Shown: piece after piece, positions 52,157-64,000 of the stretch
Position numbering within the stretch: position 1 is the stretch's first letter
How the letters are laid out: each line of letters starts with the position of its first letter
Assembly: GCA_964016885.1 (NCBI GenBank)
Contig: OZ024741.1
Location: forward strand, 57,722,001 to 57,786,000
Direction of reading: 5' to 3'
Source: Eledone cirrhosa
Taxonomy: Eukaryota
DNA length: 64,000 nucleotides
Notes under the pieces: model-generated
Told to the model about the DNA's origin: nothing
The model's input: the letters and a program-made list of their open reading frames with translations, nothing else
The model's database searches: none
Program-made: the position numbers and the translations under genes

Positions 52157-53085
52157 TCTTCTTCGCCCACTTATACCTGAGAGGGTCGTGAGGGCAGAGT
52201 CCTCAAACACTCCTTCCAGCAGGATCCCCAAGCAAGACCAACCAAGCTCATGGATCTTATCCAGTCATCTTGCATGGGGTCTACCCCCAATTCTCCTGCC
52301 AGTTGGTTTTGCCCATAAAATCAGTCCAGCGATTCTTTCCTGAAGCATTTTAACCACATGCCCATAGTATTGGAGCTGTGATCTCTCAATTTGGAGAAGT
52401 AGTGGCTTTACCTGGAGTAACTCTCTGCACTTATTGAGTAATGTTACTCCAAACATCCTTCAGAGGAACCCCATTTTCACCACTTGTATTCGTGATCATA
52501 TTCTTTCGTCATTACCCAAAATTCATGACTGAATTGAAGATAGTGAGTTTGGCTTTTACATCTATCTCCTTTCTGACTACCAAATGCTGAAGCTGGTGCA
52601 TTACTGCACCTGCTCCTGCAATTCTTGCACTTAATTCAGCCTCCTGCCTTCCATCACTGGTGAACACAGCCATGAGATACTTGGACTTATCATTCTACTT
52701 CAGTGGAACTCCATTTACATGCAGAGTGCACTGTGCAGGCTTTCTTGAGAGGGCAAGTGTCTCAGCTTTCGCTGCACTATTTTCATTCCAGCCATGCAGC
52801 ACTCGGCATCAAACCTATCAAGTGCAAGTCAGAGATCATCTTCTGTCAATTAAATAACGCCATGTCATGTGCAAATTCCAGTCAACTGATTTTACACCCA
52901 CCAGTCATGAAACCACTTCCAACCCGGCTGCACATGTCAATCCTGTTCATAAAAATAAAACTGATATAAGTGATCATACTGTTTATGTGACCAACTGTCA
53001 TAGATAGCCAATGTCCATGGTCATCAGTCTCTTAATTCCTAAGAAAGTTATTGCAGTGCTGTCCTGATATACCCCATGTCTTGGG
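52157..53085 (-). mobile_element. Degenerate RTE LINE (Rex3/Expander-like C-terminus)
   Basis: VKPLLLQIERSQLQYYGHVVKM..GGRP, KYLMAVFTSDG; short (GAA)n tail. Confidence 0.8.
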
Positions 53086-53093
53086 CAATTTAA

Positions 53094-53313
53094 CCCTTTA
53101 GCATTTACATTACTCTATATATACTGTTGTATTTTCACGGTAAACATTTTATTTCACATAATTATCTCACATAATATCAAATCTATGAGATTTTGATATC
53201 ATTTATTTTGAGAAGAATACCTTAACATAAGTATTAACAGCCAGTTACAGCTGGTTTGAACAGAAAGAGTGAGAGAGTTCTGGCCGGATATGGCCGGTTT
53301 AAATGCTAAAGGG
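53094..53313. mobile_element. piggyBac-type MITE
   Basis: TIR ccctttagcattta / taaatgctaaaggg, flanked by TTAA on both sides. A truncated copy lies at ~54513-54705. Confidence 0.9.
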
Positions 53314-55554
53314 TTAAACATGGAAAAGCCCATCTCTCTCCTAGTTTGAACAAAGCCGATTAATTCCAAAGCAAGATAGAAAATAATGAAGAAATATAGA
53401 GGATGAAAGGCAAAGTTGACCTCAGTGGGATTTGAACTCAAAGTACATAGAGTGCCTGAATAAATACTACAAAGCATTCTGTCTGATATTCTAATGACTC
53501 TGACAATATACCACCCTTGTACAGCCAATGCAAAAGATAAAAAAAATGCCTATACAATGGCTACTGAGTCAAATACACGGTTAATTTTACAGCATCGCTT
53601 TGAAAAACCTTCAACACAATCTTTTTTATATTATTTTATGTTCAGTCTTGATAGAAGTTTTAACATCGTTTTATTGTTTCAAAGTTACTTTGCGCTACAT
53701 TGTTTCACTGTTTTTCTCTCATTTAATAGGAGAATCTTCATAAGAAGTATTGATCTTACTTCTAGGTTATCACTAAAAGGGAAGGAAGTAATTCAGTTTG
53801 CCTGGCTACCGCGATTCTCATCACGTTTCTCATAAAGTTTATTTTTTTTTTTACAAAAGAATCACAGTAAGGAAAGTTATAAAAACAGTTGTGTGTCTAG
53901 CATTTGCAATTATAGCCAAATAGAGTTTACTCCAATAAAAAATATTTTTTTTGTGGCATTTATTGAGGTTTGAGGCATTTGACAACTTTCACTAACACTG
54001 TCCTGCTGCTTTTAACTTACTTGGCACACTTGAGACATTTGGGGGAGCTGTGCCATAGACAATGAGATTGTTGTCATTGTTGGTGACTCATTCTATTGAA
54101 GTGTCAGGGTGTTTGATTATTCCAGTGTCTTAGCCTCGCTATCACTCAGCTTAACTGAAGAATCGGGTGATGTCTATGAGGGTGCTTGGCTATTCCACTG
54201 CCTTAACCTCAGTATCACTTAGCCTTACCAACAATTCAGGTGACGCTCCAGGTGAGACTGCTTGGTTATTTCAGTGTCTTAGCTTCATTATCATTTGTGA
54301 CAAGTGTTGGTTTGCTGCAGACTTTATTAAAGGTAAACTCCAATGTACCCTGTTGGGGCATGTCTTTTTTTTATATATATAAATTGTGTTTATTTGCATG
54401 TATATTATGTTGAAATAAACATCATATGTTGATTTCAATATTCCTTAAAAAAAAATAAATAAAAACTTACTTATCTGGTCAAATTGCTGTAACACTCAAA
54501 CCTGTGTTTTAAGCCTTTAGCATTTATATTACTCTATATTTACTATTGTATTTTTGTGGTCAAGGCTTTATCTCACATAATTATCACACATAATATCGAA
54601 TCTATGAGATTTTGATATTATTAATTTTGAGGACACTACCTTAACATCAGTATGAGCGGCCAATCATGGCCAGTTTGAACAGAAAGAGGTGAGAGAATTC
54701 TGCCTGGAATTAGAGACCCAGTTTATGAATGATGGAAGCAGATAGAGAACAACATTTAAATTGAGGCAGTTCAAATATTTTATGATGTTTTGTAATAGTT
54801 GGTAGAGAAATTGTCTCATTGATACTGCATATATTTTTTTAAATGAAAGAAGAAATTTTATTTGTATAAATATTTCCGAAATAGGGGAAGGGATACTGCA
54901 AACTCTACACACATGCGTAGGAAAACTGCAGTCTACAAACTGAGCATACTAGAGATCTCATTGGCAACTGGCTCAAAGATGGATCTGTCAATCAAGTCCT
55001 GGTAATAAGATAAATCTTCCTCTTCACTGTGTTATGAGCAATAGTGCCTGGGTTTGTGACTGAAGCAACAAGGTTGGAGCCAGGGAACATGTTGCAGATT
55101 AGAGATTTACCCTTGTTTGAATGGGAAAAAGGTTATCCCATTTGGACAATTATCATCACTGCTGTTGAGGATAGTAGGCTCCAGTTATGATGGCAAACTG
55201 GCTATGTCAAGGTTGCATATTGTACTTACCTTAACAGAGAAGAGATGAAGTTGAACATCATTTATGTGGAATAAATCAGAGATTTGATTACAAGATACTG
55301 GTTCAATTCATGCCACTAGCCTCTTGAGAAATACACCCTGTTAAATTTCCTTTATAAATCTTTAGTATTGTAGCATTGTTTCAAAGTAATCTACACATTT
55401 CTGAGGTGTCACAGAAGTAAAGTAGTTTGTTGGCTTGTCTTAACATTCTCCCCCCCTCCCCCTCTCTCTTTATATATATATATACACACACACATATATA
55501 TATCCGTCCTAAAACCCCACCCATGCTCTAACACTCCACCCCTTCCCCAATTCC

Positions 55555-55877
55555 TCAGCCCACACTGTAAAGCGGTTGTTTTGGAGCCGCAACAAAAAAA
55601 TGTCCATCCCCTATTGTAAAGTGGTCATATAGGTGTCACGGCAAAAAGTGCCCAACCCACACTGTAAAGTGGTTGTGTAGGTGTCATGACAAAAAGCATC
55701 CAGTACACTCTATAAATATGGTTGGCATTAGGAAGGGCATCCTGCCATAGAAACCAAGCCAGAATCAGTTCTGTAAAAGCAAGACATGGTCACCTGATCT
55801 GACTTGTCTCACAACAGGACAACTCATCTAAACCATGCTAGCATGGAAAAATTGACGTTAAATGGTGATGATGAAGA
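55555..55877 (+). mobile_element. SINE B-related 3' portion with three ~50-bp modules
   Basis: Repeated ca(c/t)tgtaaagtggt.. units, aggaagggcat motif, gatgatga tail. Confidence 0.75.
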
Positions 55878-55888
55878 TATATATACAG

Positions 55889-55946
<58 letters not shown>

Positions 55947-56140
55947 CATTTATATATATAACAAAGAAAGTGTGCTAAGAAACCAAGTGGACCATAATGC
56001 ACCAGAGTACTTGATGCTTAGGATAGTAGAGTGGATCTAGCTGTCAAAATATCCAGAGCTTAGCCGTCGGGGTCCTGACTCTCTTCCTATATATATATGT
56101 ATGTGTGTACATTTAAGAAAAGTAAACAAGAAAAAACGTT

Positions 56141-56192
<52 letters not shown>

Positions 56193-56775
56193 ACTGTTGA
56201 CAAAATGATGATTCCTGCTATAAATTTTAGAACATTTGACTCCCTCCACCACATTTACACATTTTTTTAACCTTACATTTGGGTTCCACGAATTGTATCT
56301 AAAATATTCTAGAATGTTTTTGACAGATCAAAGCATTCATGTGACAGACGACAAAAATGATGTAGAGTTATTATAATACAAATTATGAATGCAATTCAGA
56401 TTATAGCATTGGTTTGACTTACAATCAGCAACAAGCCAGAAAGAGTATTCTATGGAACACTACTTATGTTGTGCAAGTTTACAGTGTTATTTACTTGAAC
56501 CTAACACCCTCTGTTTAATAGTTTCTTTCATAATGATTGCTTCAGGTTATCATTTCATATAAACATAGTTTCATAAATCTATATCCTTTGTATATCTCAC
56601 ATACCAATACATACATACTTATATATATATATATACATACATACATAAATACATGCATGCATACATACATACATGCATACATACATACATATTTACATGC
56701 ACACACACACATATATGTATGTATGTGCATGTATATGTATATGAATATGTATATACATATATATATATGTACAAA

Positions 56776-56833
<58 letters not shown>

Positions 56834-56864
56834 AATATATATATATATGTATGTATGTCTGAGA

Positions 56865-57420
56865 GTACCCGACCTCCCATGGGTACAAGCTGAAGCATAT
56901 AGACAATATACCCCCACACCCTCCCACTGCAAGGTGGTCGTGGAGGTGCCACGGCAAAAAAGCACCCAGCCCACACTGTAAAGTGGACGTGTAGGTGCCA
57001 CGAAAAAGCACCCAGCACTCACTGTAAATGAGGTTGGTGTTAGGAAGGGCATCCAGCTGTAGAAATCAAGCCAAATCAGTTCCTGTATGAGAAAGGCATG
57101 GTCAGCCGACTAGACACTGCCCACAACCCGTCTAACCCATGCTAGCGTGGAAGAATGGACGTAAAACGGTGTTGATGATGATGATGATATATATATATGT
57201 ATGTATGTCTGTATGTATATATAAAGTGGTTGTGGAGGTGCCACGGCAAAAAGCACCTAGCCCACACTGTAAAGTGGTCGTGTAGGCGCCACGGAAAAAA
57301 AAAGCACCCATCACTCACTGTAAATGAGGTTGGTGTTAGGAAGGGCATCCAGCTGTAGAAATCAAGCCAAATCAGTTCCTGTCCCACCCTTGCAAGCAGG
57401 GAAAAGCGGACGTAAAATGA
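56865..57420 (+). mobile_element. Two adjacent SINE B-related 3' portions
   Basis: 56865-57188 (similar to 31385-31665) and 57222-57420, carrying different RTE-like tails. Confidence 0.8.
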
Positions 57421-58355
57421 AAATACATACACTCACACACACATACATATATATATATACATACATACACACACATATACATGTGTGTCATCATCATCAT
57501 CATCATTTAACGTCCATTTTTCCATGCTGTACACATATATATATACATATTTATATATATATATATACACATACATACACACACACACATATATATATAT
57601 ATAAACACACATAGTGGTAAAGAACTCTCAAGAGAGCTGGACAGCAGAAGCTCTTTAAAGAAGAAACCCCCCTCAAGCAAGTGTTTTGTATATTCAACTA
57701 TATCAAGCGTTAAACTAATACACTATCATTTCATTGTATTGTTATCATGTGTTATTTTTCCTTGTTGACTTTCCTTATATATATATATATATATATACAT
57801 CCCACCCTTGCAAGCAGGGAAGAGCAGATGTAAAGTGATGATGATGATGATGATGATGATGATATATGATATATATACACAAACAAACATGCATATTGTG
57901 TCACAGGAGAGAACATAATCAATCATGTGAGAAATAATCCATTTTTCTGCTTCCTTTTTTTTTTATAATCTCCAAAGAAGAATTAGTCCTATTGAGATCA
58001 GAGAACCAGGCTTGCATGATTAGGTATGAAAGCGTTTTTCTAAAGGCATTACTGATAAATAAATAATATCAGAACATATCATTTGAGAATCGGAAACTAC
58101 ATGATAAATACTGATCAGGACAAATCGATTGACTGCTATTCCATGGCTTCCAACAGCAATTGATGATATATAAGATCAAAATGAATTTATTCTGCTTCCC
58201 TGAATAAAACCAGCTATGAAGGAACACTTTCAAAAGGATCACAAGCTTGTTGAAACGTTGAAATGCTGTTGTCATCATTTTTGTTCTGACATTATATTGC
58301 ATATTATTTCCTTGTATATTCATCTAAGTATACGTATATATGCTTATATTGTATT

Positions 58356-58358
<3 letters not shown>

Positions 58359-58452
<94 letters not shown>

Positions 58453-58498
58453 GGAGGAGGAGGAGGAGGAGGAGGAGGAGGAGGAGGAGGAGGAGGAG
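58359..58498. repeat. Compound (AAT)n(GAT)n(GAG)n microsatellite
   Basis: Visible directly. Confidence 0.97.
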
Positions 58499-58679
58499 AA
58501 GGAGCAAGAATGAAGTATCAATATACCATCAATATATTTATCCACACTTGCAGCACATTTCACGATCAATCAGCTCAAGCTACAATCGATAGTGATCAGG
58601 CCCGGCTCTGGAATCGATAGGTCATCAGACTTGTGGATTCTCGAAGAATCCACAAGTCTGGTGTGCATATATATATAAG

Positions 58680-59765
58680 AAGTGACGTTGGTATGTGCTA
58701 TTTGCATTTCTCATTTTCTGTTACATTGTTAAAAGAGGAGCAACATGGATCTATCCAAATTGTTTATTTGTGGCTGTTTATTTTATGACTTCAAATCTGG
58801 CCTAAGCACAGCAGCATCGAGTCATTGCATTAACAATACATTTGGGTCACACATCATGTCTGAATGTAGTGACAGGGACTGGTTTGCATGCTTCTGTTCT
58901 GGTGATTACAGCCTTGAAGATCAATCTTGTACAGGATGTCCATCTGACTTCAATGACGAACAACTGCATGAGCTGGTGGAGGCCAACTCTCTGAAGTACT
59001 TGGGGCATCGAAAACAACCATCCTCAGTCACTTGCATGCAGTGGGGAAGGTGTTTAAGCTGAACCAATGGGTACCCCACAATCTGACTAACTGTGATCAT
59101 GAATGTGGGGTGGTAGCTTCCATTGTCACTGGTGATGAAAAAAGGTGTCTCTACATTAATGTCAAGTGCAAGCAATCATAAGTTGATAAATAGAATGCAC
59201 CACAATGGAAAGCAAAGGCTCGCCTCCACCCTCGCAAGACCCTACTGAGCATCTGGTGTGACTGGTAAAATGTCATCCACTATGAACAGCTCCCACCAAA
59301 CACCTGCATAACCTCTGATGTTTATTGCTAACAACTTGACAGATTTGTGGCGAAAATCACACAGATGTGCCCACACTATGGCCCTGTTTGATTCCTTCAT
59401 GATAATACTCAGCCACATACATCAAGGATGACCTTTGAGAAGCTGCTGGAGCTAGATTGGGAGGTTCTGCCCCAACCCCCGTATTCGCTCAACCTCACAC
59501 CTATAGACTGTCACTGTTTTCTCTCAATGAGCAATGCAATGCAGTCAAAGACCTTTGCTAATAAAGACCAGTAAATCAGTCTCTGACGGAATTCTTTGCA
59601 TTGAAGCCAGAAAAATTCTACAGAGATGGAATCATGTGCCTTTCTTAACGATGGCAGACAGTAATTGCAAATGATGGCAATTATTTTGCATTGTAAAATC
59701 TTTCTAATGTTAAAAAATACCAAAGTCAAATAAAAATTTGAAAAACAGTGAGAACTTTCTGACTT
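58680..59765 (+). pseudogene. Dead mariner (DD34D-type) transposase/element
   Basis: HTH region WFACFCSGDYSLEDQ..GCPS, WVPHNLT, IVTGDEK, LLSIWCDW, FLHDNTQPH, LPQPPYSLNLTPID. Stops and deletions throughout. Confidence 0.9.
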
Positions 59766-60049
59766 ACTTCGAAACAGACCTTTACCACATTTATTCTCAT
59801 ACTGGTTTCATTGATTTGACTGTGGCCATGCCTTAAGTTTAATCATATCATCCTCAGTATATATTTTTTTTGAGTCTGGTACATATTTTATTGATCCCTT
59901 TCACTTGAACTTGAAACTTACGAGAGATAAATACAAGCATAATTATAAATGTAAACACAGACACATGCACATGCACGCATATATATATTTGAGTAAAAGA
60001 GATCAATAAAATATGTATCAGACTCGAACAAAATAACAGCAACTATCAA

Positions 60050-60538
60050 GGTACAAATCTCAGGATTGCCACCCTCGATGTTAGTATCCTGAGAGGCAGA
60101 ACAGGTGTAATTGAGGAACTATTAAGGAGAAGAGTAGATGTATACTGTGTAGATGGAGGGGTGCCTCAGCAAGACTAATTACAGGTAAACAACTTAGATA
60201 TAAACTCTACTGGATAGGAAACAACAATGGGGTAGGAGGTGTAGGCATCCTACTGGCCTCCTAAGGGATAGAGAAAGTGGTTGAGGGAGTGAAAGTAAGT
60301 GACAAAATCATCAGACTAAAATGAACTGTAGGAAATAGAATAGTGACAATTACACCTACCTATGATCTTCAGGCAGGACTGAGTAAAGAACAAAAGGACA
60401 TCTTCCGGTATTGACAAAAGAGATCTCATCTTCTTGGCAGGCGACTTTAATGGAGAAGGACCTGACCAATCCATGCAAGCATGGAAAAGAAGACATGGTG
60501 GTGGTGGTGGTGGTGGTGGTGGTGGTGATGATGATGAT

Positions 60539-60540
<2 letters not shown>
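60050..60540 (+). mobile_element. Internally deleted RTE: APE N-terminus fused to a 3' tail
   Basis: LRIATLDV.., YKLYWIG..GVGILL, SDKII, LAGDFNG, then directly ccatgcaagcatggaaaa and (GGT)n(GAT)n. Confidence 0.8.
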
Positions 60541-60590
<50 letters not shown>

Positions 60591-61055
60591 TAGTGGACCT
60601 GTGGTGTCAATAAGGAAGGCAATGGTGTTGAACATATTCAATTTTTGGAGTCCAAAGCTGGTATACCATATATACCATAATTACTACGTAGATATATAAT
60701 CATATAAACTGGTAAATTTAAGTTTCGATAAATTAATGGTTTACATAAAAAGAACCCTATAGTTTATGTTGATAATTGACACATGGAAATGATTAAAGAT
60801 AGGAATAATATTTGAATAATTAATTTCTAAAAGATAATTATATGAATATAAGTATGTACACGTACATACATATATGTATACAGACGTACAGTAGTATGTA
60901 TATATATATATACATACATGCACACATATATATATGTACGTACGGATTCACCGAACATTTATTATAATGCTCGGTGTGTTTGTAAACAAACATCCCGTAT
61001 TAAGCCGTAGTGTCCAGCAACCATCGTTGCTCGTTTGTTCAACACTGACAAAGGA

Positions 61056-61098
61056 ACGCTGTACTAGTTTCAAGCTTATTAGCTATCGTCAGCAACGT
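61056..61098 (-). ncRNA. Minimal type I hammerhead ribozyme motif
   Basis: Minus strand: acgttg-CTGACGA-t-agct-aata-agct-t-GAAA-ctag-TA-cagcgt. 6-bp stem I, 4-bp stem II, palindromic ACTAGT stem III. Confidence 0.8.
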
Positions 61099-61836
61099 AT
61101 ACCTTCCTGCCAGATTGTTGAACATATATACAAAATCAGTTCTGTATGAGCAAGACATGATCACCTGATTGGGCATTGCCCTCAACAGGACAACCTGTTT
61201 AATCCATGCTAGCATGTAAGAATGGACGTAAAATGGTGATGATGATGATGATGATATATATATATATACACATGGCATATTATTATGGTTGATTCACATA
61301 CATGATGAGCTTCAACACAATTTCCACCTACCAAAATTTAACTCCCAAGTCATTGGGTTACCTTGAAACTATAGTAGGCATCACTTACCCATCACATGGT
61401 TGTGAAGAGAACTCCTTAACCACACAACCATATCCGCTAGACTTATGATTAGTAAAAAATCTATCATGTAATATATCTGTTCACACCTTATGAGAGTAGA
61501 GGTGTGTGAAGAGAACTGTCTTAATCCCAAAACTGAAATTTAGATACAGTTGTACCTCACTAAGAATATATGTCGACGCAGGAGTTAGTTATATAATTGT
61601 ACACACTTATATATAAGTATAATTCCTTTGTGTATACAAGAATGTGTGTTTAGAACAAATAATACACGCTTTCATTAGAAGCTAATGCAAATGGCATCCT
61701 CTTAACTGTGCAAAAGTAAATACTGACATTAGACAGACAGAAAGATAGATGGATGGATAGACAGCTAGATGGCTAGACAGAGAGTTAGATAGATAAAGAG
61801 ACACAGACAAATGGATGGCAGATAGACAGATAGATA

Positions 61837-61912
<76 letters not shown>

Positions 61913-62405
61913 TAGATAGAGAAATATAAAGGTAGGTAGGTAGATATAAATGTAAACATTAGCTAGACATTGGAAAACTGGCAGGAATGTATAATAGGTT
62001 GTTGGTATTTGAATAAGTGACATTACAGTAAACATAGGAAACACTGAAGTAATACAATTTAGAAGGACATTGAAGTTATAACTTTAATATGTCTTGTTAC
62101 TTAGAACAACTAATTCCACACTTCTATTGGATACAACTGCCGCTGGGAACTACAATACCAACACACCTATATTCTTACATTCATTAACAACAACAACTTT
62201 TATTCTATTAACTCTTTAACTTTTAACATTCTGTTTTACATGACACCACATTAACAAAACATTTTTGAAAAGCACTATTGACTGCAGTGACTGCAGTGTA
62301 CTAAAAATGGTTTTACTCGAATATTGCAAATTGTAACAACAATCTGTCTATTAGTAAAAATGCTATAAACATTTCAATTAACAAACGTACTTTTAGATAT
62401 GTTAA

Positions 62406-62626
62406 CCCTTTAGCATTTAAACTGGCCATATCTGGCTAGAATTCTCTCACCTCTTTCTGTTCAAAGAGGCTGTAACTTGCCAATGATACCTATGTTTAGG
62501 TATTATTCTCAAAATAAATAATGCGAAAATCTCATAGATTCAATATTATGTGAGATAATTATGTGAGATAAAGCCTTTATTGTGAAAATACAATACTAAA
62601 TATAGAGTAATGTAAATGTTAAAGGG
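62406..62626. mobile_element. piggyBac-type MITE (opposite orientation to 53094-53313)
   Basis: ccctttagcattta...taaatgttaaaggg with TTAA at 62402-62405 and 62627-62630. Confidence 0.9.
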
Positions 62627-63489
62627 TTAAGGCTTAACAACACTAACCGTTTGACCCTTTTGACACTAGCCAGCATGAAACCACCCCAAGTTCTATAATA
62701 CAGATTTGCCTGTTTTAAAGTGTTCATATTTATCTTAAAACTTTCCATCGTAATTTTATGAAAGAAATTTTGATTAGATTATGTTCAAAACACCAGCTTA
62801 ATAATGAGAAAGTTAGATGTATTATTAAATTAATCCAAAATGATTGTTTTCAAAATTAATTGAAACATACTGGTAGTGTCTTTCATTAGTAATATAGTAA
62901 CAAAAGGGCTAATTTCTAAAGAATGATGAAAGACAAACAGATGAATTGAAGTTGAAATATACACTTTTAATATAATACTATTGACATCAGTGAAGGTGCA
63001 TGACCTAGTGGTTAAAGTGTTGGAATCATGGCCATGAGGTCATTGGTTCAATTCCTGGACCACACTTGGTGACAATAAGCAAATAGATTATTGGAATAGC
63101 GCAAATATCTTACAATGCCTCATAATATCTATTTAATTTTTTTCTTATACTATATCCAATCTGTTTATTTTCTTTCAAACTTTTCTCCCTGTATCTATTC
63201 ATGTGTGTGTGAGTGTGGGTACACACACACATATATATATATATATGTATGTGTGTATGTATGTCTGTATGTATGAAGGAAAACTGATATAACACCTGCA
63301 ACCCTGATGGTATCCAATGATGTTGACTTGTTCTTCTTTTTGGTAAATATCATCTTGGTTAAGAGAGTGGGACTGGCTTTGTGCAGTGCCTTTGCTCACT
63401 ATAAAAGTTTCACGGCACAGGCATTGCTATATATCTGGAGATCTCTCTGCACTTGTCGTCACATGGTACCTTGGGCCCAGCACTATGTG

Positions 63490-63650
63490 TCAATAATTGT
63501 CACAAGTGTAGTGTTTGTACCAGAGTTTTCAAGTCGCTGGCTGGACTAAAAAGTCACACTCGTTCAGCGCATCCATAGGGGTTCTCCTACATGGATATAA
63601 AGTAGTGGCCGTACTCAAAAACGAGTTGGCAGCCACCATGTATGTATGTG
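63490..63650 (+). mobile_element. Probable 3' tip of an RTE LINE with a terminal C2H2 zinc finger
   Basis: HKCSVCTRVFKSLAGLKSHTRSAHP* (stop at 63576-63578), short UTR and (ATGT)n tail. Confidence 0.6.
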
Positions 63651-64000
63651 GGAGAAGATTCAACTATCTATGATTACACGCTAAAACCAAATCAGGGAAT
63701 AATGACGAAAAGCACATGTGGTTTTTAAAAAACACATCACCCCGCTGTCAAGCCAATGGCGTGAATAGGGTTATTGGCAGCTAGAAATATCAGCTGAGTC
63801 CTTTGTGTTTTTTGTCATTATTCTCTGATTTGCTTTTAGCATGTCATAGATAGCTAAATCGCCTCCTTTGCCACTGATCCAAGATTTGACATCTATGATT
63901 CACCAATTAATGGTGGAATATATTTCTTCAATGGAATATATACAAAGGAGATTAATCATTATTGCAAGGTATCTATAGTCAAGGTTCTTTTAATTTTTAA

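Noticed and set aside
58745-59062. SETMAR-like domesticated gene
   Set aside because: No SET domain; the transposase has multiple stops and deletions.
63507-63578. Host C2H2 zinc-finger gene
   Set aside because: Single finger with no TGEKP linker, followed by a stop, short UTR and simple-repeat tail, as in RTE 3' ends.

Overview
AT-rich, repeat-saturated animal genomic DNA. The SINE families and microsatellite load resemble Octopus/cephalopod genomes; this is inferred from recalled family likeness, not from a search. No host protein-coding exon could be supported. Most ORFs in the track are microsatellite artefacts or transposon fragments. Autonomous-type remnants: several RTE-clade LINEs (one young copy with a 14-bp TSD), a near-intact CR1 LINE, two R4/Dong-type LINEs sitting in (TATG)n, an L1/Tx1-like 3' end, three Penelope-like elements (PLEs) and a dead mariner. 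Non-autonomous elements: three tRNA-derived SINE families, nested Helitrons, piggyBac- and mariner-type MITEs, and a ~2.9-kb 30-bp minisatellite. Most notable: (1) a non-coding ~551-bp tandem repeat carrying type I hammerhead ribozyme motifs (29.3-30.4 kb) plus a clean minimal hammerhead at 61.06 kb; (2) hairpin-bearing elements that sit in (TA)n; (3) a ~3.5-kb inverted duplication whose arms were each hit independently by the same RTE; (4) a Helitron nested antisense inside its own family member; (5) a minisatellite apparently derived from a SINE A-box. Boundaries of degenerate elements are approximate.
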